From positions 1 to 64,000 of the forward strand of contig CAWJTV010000029.1 in the NCBI GenBank assembly GCA_963845755.1: a DNA stretch of 64,000 bases, given 5' to 3'. This DNA comes from an uncultured Planctomycetota bacterium (GTDB taxonomy: Bacteria > Planctomycetota > Planctomycetia > Isosphaerales > Isosphaeraceae). The notes beneath the pieces are model-generated. The model searched no databases. It worked only from the letters and a program-made list of their open reading frames with translations, and was not told where the DNA came from. Positions 1 through 11,195 of the stretch are shown here, in pieces. The position numbers and the translations under genes were made by a program. The stretch's first letter is position 1; each line of letters starts with the position of its first letter.

Positions 1-641
1 AGGTCCGCTCGGCGCTGCGTCACCAACCCCGGGTCGTTCAGCACGGCGAATGTCGCTGTGCGAAGCGGCTCCAGCTTGGGGAGCTTCTCAGACCAGAGGT
101 TCGCGTAGAACTGTTCCATCAGCACGGTGGTCGCCGCGTCGTCCACCCTCCAGAGGCTGGCCAACACCGCGCAAGCCCCCGCGCCCTGGAACGCTCCCTG
201 CAGGCCCATCACACCCTGGCCGTTCGCCCGTGCACGGGGGCCAGTCTCACAAGCCGAGAGCACGACCAGATCGGTGCTGCGCAGGTCCAGCGCCTGCACC
301 TCCTCGGCCGTCAGGATGCCGTCCTCGCGGTCGGGCAAATTGCCTGGTGCACCGGCGCGGGGCGTTCTCGGTCAAGCGGCCGGCCCCGGCCAGGGCCACT
401 GCCGAGTACAAGAGCGGCGTCAGCGGCAGCGATGCCGATTCCTGCGAGCCCGCGGCCCCGGCGAGGCCGAATTCGTCCGACTTCAGGCCGGCTCGGCATC
501 GCCGCCACCGAGCCGGCGACTCGAAGAAGCCGTGGGTGGCCAGGCTGGAGGGTCCTTCCAGTGCCGGCCAAGCTGCTGCTTGACCGCTGCCTCGGTGGGC
601 ACACCGCCTGTCAAGACCACGGCGTTCTGCCGCAGGAAAGC

Positions 642-2318
642 GGGAGCAGGAACGCTAATGTCGCCACATCCGGGTGTAGCCAAACGTCAATAGGAGAACT
701 CGACGAATTTTGATAGGGTGGAAGGACGTTGGGGCAAGATAGCTTGATCATCGGAGGATCGTCATGTTTCGCGGCTCGCCTACCGATTGGCCCAGGATGC
801 CCGTCTTCAGCGACTTCTCGGGATGGTCAAGGAAGAATTCTTCGCGGTTGATCAGACGGGTAGGGGGCTCGACTTCGCCACCATCGAGCAACGCGCTCGC
901 CGAAGCCGGTCGCAAGGTGGCACGCCTGCTCTGCGAGCAAACCGCGTCTCAATGCACGAGTCCGCCGAGCACGAGCAACCCTGTCCCGGTTGGGCCGCCA
1001 GACTTCACGGAACCATGCAAGAGCGACCGCTGGAGACCCGCGACGGGCCGATCTCCCTCAAAGAGGCACGGCACTCTTGCCCGCGATGCCGGCGGGTCTT
1101 TTTCCCCCAATAGACCGCGCCAGGGCTTGGATCACCGCGGCTATAGCCCGACGATGCGGGCAATCCTGGTCGCGATGGCCATCGCCGCCCGCTCGTTCGC
1201 CGAGGCCGCGAAATTGGCCGGCATCGCTGCGGAACTGAAGATCTCACCCCGCCACCTCCAGACGCTCTGCCAGGAACAGGGAGGCATCGGAATCGATGAG
1301 CAAACCGAGCGGACGACGGCCTATAAAGATCGCCCGTTGATGACGCCGACGACGGCCGCGAATCCGCCGATCGAGTTGGCCGCCGTCATGATCGATGGCG
1401 GTCGTATTCCGGTGCGCCAACCCGACCACGGGCCGGGGGTCCACGAGCCGGCTTGGAGGGAGACCAAGACGGCCGTCCTGCTGCGGATGAAGCGTCAGGT
1501 GTCCGACGTCGATCCACAGCCGAACCTCCCCACGTGCTTTGCTGGACCTCTGGGATCGGCTGTGAGCTGCCACCGGCGAGTGAATCGGCGACCCCGGCCG
1601 AGAAACCGGACTGGAGACCGGTCCCGGTGGTCCGCTCCGGGCTGGCCACCTTGAATGACAGCGAGACGTTCGGTTGGATGGCGGCTGCCGCCGCGGACCG
1701 GCGCGGCTTCTTCACCGCCACGGCCAAGGCCTTCGTCAGCGACGGCCTGCCGTATAACTGGTCGATCCAGCGTCGTCACTTCGCCGACTTCGAGCCGATC
1801 CTGGATTTCGTCCACGCCGCGGAACACGTGCACGCCGCGGCCAAGGCCACTGGCCAAGGCGTTGAGTTGGGCCGGCACTGGGCGGAGTCGTGCTGGGAAG
1901 GTCTCGTCGGGGACGTCCTGGGCGAGATCGCCGATACCAAAGCCGGATCGATCCACCGACGAATCCCAAAGACGACCCCGACCATCCCTGGTGCGTGCTC
2001 GATCGCGAGCGCAGCTACTTGGAGAATAATCAGTCGCGCATGGACTACCCGGGCTACCGCCGGGTCGGATTACCCATCACCAGCAGCCCCGGTGGAATCG
2101 TGGGTCAAGCAGCTCAACCAGCGCGCAAAGGGAACGAGAAATTCTGGAACAACACCGCCAACCCCGAGGCCGTGCTCAACCTCCGCGAGGCTTGGCTCAA
2201 CGACGACGAGGAATTCATCGACCAGATTCGCAACCGGCCAGGTCATCCCTACACAAGGCCAGGTCGCGACACGCAAGCACCCATCGCTGCGTGAAAAATC
2301 ATTAGCGTTCCTGCACCC
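642..2318 (+). mobile_element. ISKra4-like insertion sequence
   Basis: 19-bp terminal inverted repeats GGGAGCAGGAACGCTAATG (642-660) and CATTAGCGTTCCTGCACCC (2300-2318), 18/19 match; CHAT coding sequence resumes on both sides. Confidence 0.88.
764..2294 (+). CDS. ISKra4/UPF0236-like DDE transposase, multiple frame breaks
   Basis: GGAGG RBS before ATG 764; motifs CPRCRRVFFP, MIDGGR, FVSDG..YNW, ILDFVHA.EH, YLENNQSRMDYP.YR..GLPITSS.VES..KQ spread over several frames. Confidence 0.82.
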
Positions 2319-2894
2319 CGGGAACGATGCCCCGAAGAGCTGGGCGATGCTCCGCACTTCCGGCTCGGTGCCGGCCAGGGCCTTGAAGCCCGCACGCTGA
2401 GATTCGGCCAGGATTCGCCGGGGGTCGGGGCCAACTCGGAGAAGCCGCACGCCGGGGTCGGCCTGGTAGTCGATGCCGCCGACGGCCAGCAGGCCGGCAA
2501 GTTCGGCCTCGGGGCTCTTGGGCTTGGCCTCGTTCGGTGCGGCGAGGATCTCCACCAGCCGCTGCGCGAGCTGACGTAGCCGATCGATATGTCTTCGATC
2601 AGGTAGGTGCCGGCCCGGTGCCCGGGCAGCGCCGCCAGGGGGAAGTACGTGGCGCGTCATGGCGCAGACCAGCACGGTTGTGGTGCCTTGCAAGTGGGGC
2701 TTGAGCGGCTCCCAAACGCGCCGGCTTAGCTCCAGGGCGGCCGCCTGCATCGGCCCGGGCGTGCGCACGACCAGGGCCTCTAGCCAGGCCGCCACCGCCT
2801 CGTCGATCGGGCCGGAAGCACCCAGATGCACGAGCACCGGCACCTGGCCGCTCCGGAGCACGAAAGCCATAAGTCGGTGGTCCCGGCGTAACGG

Positions 2895-4170
2895 CAGGGC
2901 ACTTCACTTTTTGAAGATGCCCAGTTTGGTGAAAAGCTTCCCGACCTGGGAAGCGTTCCGCCGGATCGCCTCGGCGATATTCGTCGCTCCCGTGGCCCGC
3001 AGAAAGCCGATGGCCGCATTGCGCAGGGCGGCCATGATTTGGGGACCACCGCCTTTGCGGATGCGACTGGCGTCCTCCCCAGCGTCACGTCCCGCACATA
3101 GTGCGACCGATTTCGATCGACCAATGGCCTCGTACCCACGTGAGCAACACACTGGCATCGGCCAACTCGTGCGGGGCACTGGTGATGAAATAGCGGGTCT
3201 CCTGCGACACCTCGCCGTCCTGCTCGACCACACTCTCGATCTGGCCGACCTGGCCAACGCCGGGCCAATCCAGATACGCGTTCAAGGCCGTTGTCGCCTT
3301 CAAGGTACGGCGTTCGCGACGACCATGCCCCTTATCGAGGGTCGTGGCCGTGTCTTGGGCATGATCCCAGATTCGTCGCTGTTTAGGGGGAAAAAGCCGC
3401 TTCGACCGAAGCGGTGAAAGCCGTCTGAATATCGTGAAGCAGCGTCGGTTGGTTCTCTTTCACGAACCACAGATAGTCGCCGCCGGCATCCACGATCTCC
3501 TGGGACAGATCGCGTTGGCAGAAGATCGCGTCGCCGGTGATCACGCGGCCCTTGAGGACGAGATCTGGGAGCAACCGCAGGGCGGTCTTGTGCTCGTTGG
3601 TCTTGTTCTGACCGCCGTGAGCGACGGGTGTCTGGGCCAGCGTGAGCCCCGATCGGTGAGCCACCAAGGAGAGCAAATGCACCGCCTTCTCCAAGCCATC
3701 AAAGCTGCCCCGAGCCGTCTTGCCGTCCAGGGCCAACGCTTCCGGTGACGTCCGCTGGGTCGCTGCGACTCCACCCAGTAACGATTCGGCCCACCGGGTC
3801 AGTGCGTCTCAAAGGCCTGGGGATTCAGGGCGATCAAAACCTTGCGGATGCCGCCGAGCTTCGGGGGCTTGCGTGTGAAGCCGAGTTGGTGCATCAAGGC
3901 GATGTCTTGGTCGGTCCCCATTGGGCGATAGCCGCGTAACTCTTGGCGCCGCAGAGGATCGCGCAACAGACTAATCCGAGGATGGCCGTCAGGGGATGAC
4001 GTTGGCCGCGACGGCTGCGGATCCGGGACAGTCGGCCAGAAAAGAGAAAAGACTCCCGGCGGCGTGGGCTTCCATGCGAGATCTCCCTGTGGAAAAACGT
4101 GGTCGTACACGGTCTCACTATCGACGGAAACTTCTCTTACCCGCCCAGAATGAAACTGTCAACAGCCCTG
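2895..4170 (-). mobile_element. ISAs1-family insertion sequence, 1276 bp
   Basis: Ends CAGGGC.../...GCCCTG (imperfect IR, 14/20); perfect 10-bp target duplication GGCGTAACGG at 2885-2894 and 4171-4180. Confidence 0.93.
2904..4075 (-). CDS. ISAs1-family transposase, multiple frame breaks
   Basis: Motifs ALDGKT.RGS, KTNE, ITGDA.FCQ, VKENQPTL, DKGHGR.E.R, RGHWSIE, MAALRN. Confidence 0.9.
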
Positions 4171-4739
4171 GGCGTAACGGCCCCTTACTTGCCTGGGGTG
4201 GGGTGTGGTGGGCATACTCGCAGCAAGTCGACCGGGGCAGTCCCCGGGGGTAAAGCCGCGGCCGCCTCGGCCGCTCCCAACCGCCGGATCTCCCGAATCT
4301 GCCGGAAGCCGGCGCTGTTGCGAGCCAGATCACTTTCCAGGTTTTCCTTGCGGTCGCGAAGCGCGTCGAGCTGCTGGGTCCAGGCCTGGCATGCCCGGGC
4401 GATGGGGTTGTGAAGGCCAGGTGGGCGAGGCGGGCGCAGGCCTGCTCGAGCTGCCCGAGCGTCTCTTTTAGCTCCGGCCAGTCGCGGGCCAGCCGTTCCT
4501 CGTCCTGGCGGGCCTCGACGACGCCCTTCCAGGCCACGACGTGGCCATAGGTCTCCTCGGCCTTGATGCCGGCGGCGGGTGCGACGCTCAGGTAGGCACT
4601 CGGAGCCCCGCCTTGCCGAGCGAGCAGGCGGATGCGCTGGCGTTCGCCGCAAACGGCAAATCCCTCCTCGGTCCACCGGGTCAGGAGAGCCAGTCCCTGG
4701 CTGAGGAACGGCTCCGCCGCCGCGAGCTGACCCGCCATA

Positions 4740-5930
4740 GCACAGCATGGCCAGGTTGTTCAGGCTGGTGGCATAGGCGGGGTGGTTCTCGCCCAGCGCT
4801 TCCTTCCTGATCTCCAGGGCTTGGCGGAGGAGCGGCTCGGCCTTCGCGTAGTCACCCATGTCCGTGTACAGCAAGGCGAGGTTGTTCAGGCTGGTGGCAT
4901 AGGCGGGGTGGTTCTCGCCCAGCGTCCGCTTCTCGATCTCCAGGGCTTGCCGGAAGAGCGGCTCGGCATTCGCGTAGTCAGCCATGTTCCGGTACAGCGC
5001 GGCCAGGTTATTCAGGCTGGTGGCATAGGCGGGGTGTTGTCGCCCATGCACTCGCTTAGTGATCTCCAGGGCTTGGCGGAGAGCGGCTCGGCCTTCGCGT
5101 AGTCACCCATGTCCTAGTACAGCACGGCCAGGTTGTTCAGGCTGAGAGCATAGGCGGGGTGGTTCTCGCCCAGCGTCCGCTTCTCGATCTCCAGGGCTTG
5201 CCGGAAAAGCGGCTCGGCCTTCGCGTAGTCAGCCATGTTCTGGTACAGCGCGGCCAGGTTATTCAGGCTGAGAGCGTAGTCGGGGTGGTTCTCGCCCAGC
5301 GCCCGCTTGCGGATCTCAAAGGCTTGCCGGAAGAGCGGCTCGGCCTTCGCGTAGTCACCCATGTCCTCGTACAGCACGGCCAGGTTGTTCAGGCTGGTGG
5401 CATAGTCGGGGTGGTTCTTGCCCAGCGCTTCCTTCCTGATCTCCAGGGCTTGGCGAAAGAGCGGCTCGGCCTTCGCGTAGTCACCCATGTCCTTGTACAG
5501 CACGGCCAGATTGTTCAGGCTGAGAGCATAGTCGGGGTGGTTCTCGCCCTGCACTCGCTTAGTGATCTCCAGGGCTTGGCGGAGAGCGGCTCGGCCTTCG
5601 CGAAGTCAGCCATGTCCTGGTACAGCATGGCCAGGTTGTTCAGGCTGCCGGCATAGTCGGGGTGGTTCTCGCCCAGCGCCCGCTTGCGAATCTCCAGGGC
5701 TTGCCGGAAGAGCGGCTCGGCCTTCGCGTAGTCGCCCATCTTGTGATACAGCCGGGCCAGGTGTTCAGGCTGTCGGCATAGTCGGGATGGTTCTCGCCCA
5801 GCGCGCCTTCGAATGTCCAGGGCGTGCCGGTGGAGTGGCTCGGCCTTCGCGTACTCGCCCAGCTTGTGATACAGCCGGGCCAGGTGGTTCAGGCTGTCGG
5901 CATAGCTGGTATCGTTCTCGCCCAGCAACC
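4740..5930 (-). repeat. Coding tandem repeat of ~126-bp units (42-aa kinesin-light-chain-type TPR)
   Basis: Repeated GENHP.YA.SLNNLA.LY..M.DYAKAEPL.RQALEI....L with near-identical DNA. Confidence 0.95.
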
Positions 5931-6582
5931 CGCCTCGGATCTCCATAGCCTTGCGGACCGAAGCGATTCCCTCGGCGTAATTCCCTTGACGGTCAAGCGC
6001 CACCGCGTACCGGCTCAGTCGATCCGCCTCCTGGAGCCGCTGTCGCTGGTTGGGGTTGAGGGTTACCCGCCGATCGAGGTCGGCCAAAGCCCGTTTGGCG
6101 TCGCCGATCAGCCAGTCCTTTCGTTCGGGCTGCCGCTGGCGGATCGCGAGCACCTCCGTCAGGGCCTTCCGGGCCGCCGTCCAGTCGTCGCGCAGCTCGT
6201 GCAGTCTGGCCATCACTTGAAGCGAGGCGACCACATCATCGTGCAACTCACCCAGGACGCTCCGCTCGATGGTGAGGATCTTCAGTTCAGCCGCCACCAC
6301 CTCGTCCAGCTTGCCGGCCTCTGCCAGCTTGTTCACTTCCGCCCTGAGCTGGTCGCGCTCCTGGAGCTGTCGTGCCCGCTCGGCCTCGGAGAGCGCGGGC
6401 GCGCGGACCGGGCCAGGAGGTTGGCCCTGCGTCCACGCGGTCGCCGCGCCGAGAACCGTCGAGATCACCAGAGCGGTGACGAGTGGGACCATTAAAACCC
6501 GGGATCTGAAGAAACGGGACTGAATCATCGGCCGGCCTTTCCAATAACAGAGATGTCTTCGCACCTTCGCAGCTCCGTTGCC

Positions 6583-8484
6583 TCACTCCCCCCGATACGC
6601 GAATCGCACCGCTTTGATGACGTCGAACTGGCACTGCGACTTCAGCCGTTCCATCAGTTGCAAGAGCGGGTCGTCGATCTTGACCGTTTGCTCCATATCG
6701 ATGCCTCGATTCGGGCGCCACCGTGAGCGTGTCAACCGGCTGGCCCTCGTCACCGCCCCGCACCGCGACCTCGCGCTCGTTGCGCCAAAGGAGACGGGGG
6801 CAGCGGTCCGATCGAGGCCGCCAGGTCGATGTTCGACGGCAATGGAGTGCGGCGGACCAGCAGTAGCGCCGTCTCCAATCCGCCGGGGCCTTTCATTCTG
6901 TGACCGCTGTCGAGCGCCTCCGGGCTGTGCAACATTCTCGCGCCGACTGCTCCGCGGCCGGACGGCTGCCAAAATCGCGATCCCGCCGGGGATAAAGCAC
7001 GTTGACTTGCCCCTGCTCGTCGAGCCAGAGGAGGTAAACATAAGCCGGCCGGTTCATCCTGGCTTCCAGATGGACGTGTTCACCGGCAAGAAGCGGCAGC
7101 CCCCGGGATCGTCGACCTTCAATCCCCGCTTACGTTCCCCATCTTCGACCAGACCCGGACGGTCAGGTCGCCCGCCAGCGCGACCGGTGGCGTCTGGTGG
7201 ATCACCACGGTGGCTCTGCGAAGCGTGGCGTCCGGCTTGGACGGTCCCAGTGCGTAAACCAAAACTCCGATAAAGACCAGCCCGGCCACGCCAACGGCCG
7301 CTGCCAGAATCTTCGGACGAATAACGAAACGAATCCAGTGCATTCTGCAACGCCTCGGCCGACGGTACCGGTCGGCCGGCTCGGCGGCCATGGCCTTCAG
7401 GCAGATACCCCGCAGGTCGCGCGGGATTTTGCGGATCGTCGAGGGCCTTGCGGTCGAAGTCGCAACTGCCGGGCGCGGTCCATGGATTCCCGCCAGTTCT
7501 GACCCGGAAATGGGGCCGGGCTGGTGAGCAGGTAATAGAGCACGGCCCCAGGGCGAAGACGTCGCTCGCGGGCCCACCTTCTCTTGCTCCTCGAGGGACT
7601 CGATCCGGGCTTGTTCGGGGGCCATGAAGGCGAACGTGCCTCCAGGCGAGCCCGGATCATCCGACCAGGCATGTCGCAGCCGCGCCATCCCAAAGTCGAT
7701 CAGCCGCGGCTCGCCCGCCTCGTCGACCAGGATGTTCTTGGGCTTGATGTCGCGATGGACGATCCCCTTCCGGTGCGCGTAGTCGGCTGCTGCTGCAACC
7801 TTCGCCAGCAGGGCAGCGGCCTGGCGCGGCTTGAGGCCGCCCCCAGAGGCGACCTGCTCAAGGGTCTGCCCGCGCACATATTCCATCACGATGTAAGGCC
7901 GGTCGTCATGGAAGTCGCTGTCATACACCCGGACCAGGTTGGGATGGTCGAGCTCTGCGAGGATCTTGCCTTCCTCGATGATCTCGCACCGGCCGTCGGG
8001 CCGAACCGGTGTCAGCGAGAGCTTCAGCACCAAGTCCTTGCCCAGCCCAGGATGTACGACCCTGAAGACGTCCGCCTGACCGGTGCGGCGGAAACCGGCC
8101 GATGACAAGGTACTTGCCGATCGCCGCGGGAAGGTTGGCTTCACCGGCGGCGCCAGGCTCGCAGGAGAATCCGAGGTCGGTCGCTGGTTCCGAGGTCTTC
8201 GTTTCCGGTGATTCCGCCGCTGGCCAGGGCGCGGTGGCGTCCGAGCCATCCGCCCGGCCGTTGGCCGTGACGGGATCGTATGCCGGCTCGCGCGCGGTGG
8301 AAGCCGCCAGGACAGAGTGGGCAGCCTCCCGCCGGAGCAAGCCCACCTCGGCTTGGAACCGTGCGAGACGCTCCCGGCACTTCGAACAATCGGCGAGATG
8401 CTCCCGCAACTCAGCCGAGGGCTCGTCCCCGGAGGCCACCGCCAAGAGCTCAGCGTCATCCGGGCACGTCAGGGTCGAAGGCAT
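6583..8484 (-). CDS. Ser/Thr protein kinase with N-terminal zinc-finger anti-sigma-like domain, TM helix and C-terminal DUF4384-like extracellular domain (frameshifted)
   Basis: HLADCSKC (HxxxCxxC); HRDIKPKN, DFG, FMAPE; hydrophobic ILAAAVGVAGLVFIGVLVYAL; C-terminal PAYVYLLWLD..G....LYP and GLETALLLVRRTPLP pieces in shifted frames. Confidence 0.85.
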
Positions 8485-9071
8485 GGCTGATGTCCTCGTC
8501 GAATTCTTCGCAGATGTCGCGGACTTGCTTCAATACGCGAGAGGCATAGACGTATACCGCGTTGGGCTCGATCTTCAGCTCCGCAGCCGATCTCGGCGGC
8601 AGGGCGGCTCCGGAGCAGCCGCTGCTCGAAACAGGCCCAGGCCTTCGACGAACAGCGCGCGCGGATGGTCTTGAGCGCGTGCTCCAGGATCCGCTCTCGA
8701 TGGAGCTTGACCCACTCCTCGGCCATCGCGAGGCTATCGGAAGGGGTGGCCTTGAGCACGTGGGCAACCCATCCGCCCAGCGCCTTCTTGTACGCGGCAC
8801 GGCGACGGGCGTGGTCGATCAGGGTGTTGTGGGCCACGCCGAAGAGCCAGGTTCGGAATTTGCATCGGCTACGGTCGTAGGTGCGGATCTTAGCCAACAG
8901 CTTCACGAAGATGTCCTGGACGATATCGCCAGCATCAGACTCGTTCACGCCGCGCTTGATCAGATAGGCCGAAAGGATCGGCCGGTAGATGGCGTCGAAT
9001 TCGCGCCACCGATCGGGATCGTGCTGGCAGACCCCTACGATGACCGAAGCTCGGGTGTCAGCGCTTGCCAT
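8456..9071 (-). CDS. ECF (sigma-70 group 4) RNA polymerase sigma factor; one frameshift near 8590
   Basis: W.EF..IYRP, DAGDIVQDIF, FRTWLFGVAHN..ID, region 4 AAEI..EL.I..NAVY...SRVL; overlaps the kinase start. Confidence 0.9.
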
Positions 9072-9178
9072 GTGATGCTGCCCGGCGTTGGGGTGCGCGT
9101 GATGACCGTCCCCGACCGCTTGTTCGTTCCGGAGCATAACCGGCCCCGTGGCCGTGAGCCAGTAGCTAACTCGATTCA

Positions 9179-9538
9179 TCATGGGTGGTCTCGCCTACGG
9201 TTCCCTTCGGCCCCTCGTGTTAGAGACGCCGCAATCTCATCGTGGTCCTGCTTTCGTATGAGGTTGCCAAGTCGCTGCTCGAGCTGTCGCCGGAGTCCCT
9301 CAATCCAAGGGATCAGGGGCTCGAGCCGGCGCTCATGGATCTTCTGCTGGAGCCGAGCGACCTGACGCGCAGGTCGCGAAGATCCTCGGCGAGGTCTTCC
9401 GGACCGCGCCTGAGCCAGGGCATCGGGCGGCGTACCGGCTTTCAGGGCATGGTACGAGCGGTGGGCCAACTCGCGGACTTTGCGGCTCAGCTTAGCCGGG
9501 TTCGACCAGGTGCTGTCCTGGCTGGTGCCTTCCGGCAA
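9179..9538 (-). CDS. Small hypothetical helical protein upstream of the ECF sigma gene
   Basis: ORF co-oriented with the operon; no recognisable motif; start uncertain. Confidence 0.4.
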   Translation of the reverse strand: MPEGTSQDSTWSNPAKLSRKVRELAHRSYHALKAGTPPDALAQARSGRPRRGSSRPARQVARLQQKIHERRLEPLIPWIEGLRRQLEQRLGNLIRKQDHDEIAASLTRGAEGNRRRDHP

Positions 9539-9990
9539 GTCTCAAAACGAATGCTTGTCATCGAACGATCTCCCGACGCTGAGCGAACCAGTATCCCGGG
9601 GAGAGCAGCGCCCTCCCCAATCCAGTTGCTGATAAGTGATACGCACACCGCGCGGAAACCTTACGAAAGAATCTGCAAGGTGAGGGCCAGCCGGATTTGA
9701 CGACCGTCTCGTCCACCGTGTCCAGCCGAGCCGGTTCTGGAGGAAGTCTGGACCTGTTGAAAAGCGCCTCTGGGTCGTGAAAGGTTTCGGGGATTCGACC
9801 GTACCTGAAGATGGAAAGCGATGAGACCCCGGCTCTGGACCTATCGTATCACTTGCAGGCAGATGCCGACCGTTCCAGGGTGGCCAAGGATCACCGAGGG
9901 TCTTTTCCGCAAATTGCCAGTCCACACGGCATACCCGAGCGTTCCGGACCCGCTCATGCCCATCATCTCGGAACCGGAGGTTGCACGACG

Positions 9991-10516
9991 ATGAGTCGAA
10001 GACGGCCGACACGATGGCTGCTACTTCTACCGACCGTGCCCTATCTCGCGTCGCTCGTCTTGCCGATCGACGGTCGAGGGACGGTGCCAGGATACATGGC
10101 ATTCGTCATCTGCTTCTTGGCCGGGGCTGCCGGCTCACCTGCGGTGCTGCTTTATTGGCTACCGAATCCGCTCCTGTGGGTTGGGCTCTACCTTCTCGAC
10201 CGAGGGTGCATCAAGTCTGTCCTATTTGTGGGGACGGTCGCGGGGCTTCTGGCGATGCTCCCGATCCTGGGGTCTGTTCGCGACGTCGGTGAAGTCGTCG
10301 AGTCGCCAGGTTATCTTGCCTGGCTCGCGTCAATGCTACTTTTGGTGGCCGCCGGATATCTCGCGCTCTCTGTTCCCCAGGAAGCCAGATCCGATCCAGA
10401 CAGAACTATTGGCGACCGAACGCGAGCTGTCTGCTCTACGTTCCGAGGTCCGAGAGTTGAGAGAATTGGTCCAACCGCGAAAGACCCCAACGAGCCGCAT
10501 TTGGGAGTTGAATTGA
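9991..10516 (+). CDS. Hypothetical membrane protein with C-terminal coiled coil (frameshift near 10395)
   Basis: GGAGG RBS, several hydrophobic helices, tail ELSALRSEVRELRELV in the adjacent frame. Confidence 0.6.
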
Positions 10517-10550
10517 GATCGCGAGGTGCAGAGCGAATCGGCCTCGTTCA

Positions 10551-10748
10551 GGGCTACTTGGAAATGTCCAGACCGCTTGCATCTCGTGTGCAAGCGCTCT
10601 CTCCGCTGATTTAATAGCACCGGATAAGGGGATTTGGTTAGAAGATCCCGGAAGAAATCGACATGAATAGCGTTGTTGATCGTCCGAAGTTATTATGAGC
10701 CCTAGAGTTGCAAGTGACATAGAGACTTGAACCAATGGCCTCCTGCAT
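10551..10748 (-). repeat. Two degenerate partial copies of the neighbouring tRNA-Ala gene
   Basis: 10724-10748 matches tRNA 10903-10927 at 21/25; 10589-10601 TGCAAGCGCTCTC is identical to 10932-10944, with flanking similarity. Confidence 0.65.
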
Positions 10749-10888
10749 CCTTAGCCCAAGCGCGGTGTCGCGAGAATCTATCGCAGTTAGAAGCCGGTAT
10801 TGGTGACGGTTGGTGACGAAATACGGAAGAAAATCGAAATGGCTTCAGGCGTCGATGTTTCTAAGTGCTTGCCGTATCGCGACTTACG

Positions 10889-10964
<76 letters not shown>

Positions 10965-11195
10965 GTTATGAATGAGTGAGTTATCGGACGGTCTTGTTCG
11001 ACGGCAAGATCCGCTCGACTCGTCGCTCATGTAACTTGATGATATCGATCGGTCAGACCGAGTGCAATGCCTGAAGACTCGTCGGTTTGTCGGGTGAGCG
11101 GGAGCGGCTGGCGAGACGATGCTAGCCGGAGTTGCCTACAATCCCATTGAGTCCCAAGACGCGTGGTTCGAAAGGCGAATCGAGAGGCCGCAATC

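Larger units (their letters stand above)
1..6528 (-). pseudogene. Secreted TPR-repeat CHAT (caspase-like) protease, split by two IS elements into 4171-6528, 2319-2894 and 1-641; 3' end runs off the window
   Basis: N-terminal signal-like segment, about ten 42-aa TPR repeats, CHAT motifs LATHGFF (~525-545), DGILTAEEV, VVLSACETG (~241-270) and SLWRVDD; in-frame TAG at 5114-5116 plus several indels. Confidence 0.9.

Noticed and set aside
631..2330. Exact target-site duplication for the ISKra4-like element
   Set aside because: Flanks match only 6/8 (CAGGAAAG vs CGGGAACG), too weak to call
5114..5116. In-frame TAG as possible pyrrolysine or readthrough codon
   Set aside because: The gene is already broken by two IS elements, no pyl genes are visible, and TAG is used as a normal stop elsewhere (nuoN, nuoK, padR)
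4740..5930. Regular repeats that could be mistaken for a CRISPR array
   Set aside because: Units are ~126-bp coding TPR repeats without unique spacers; no cas genes in the window
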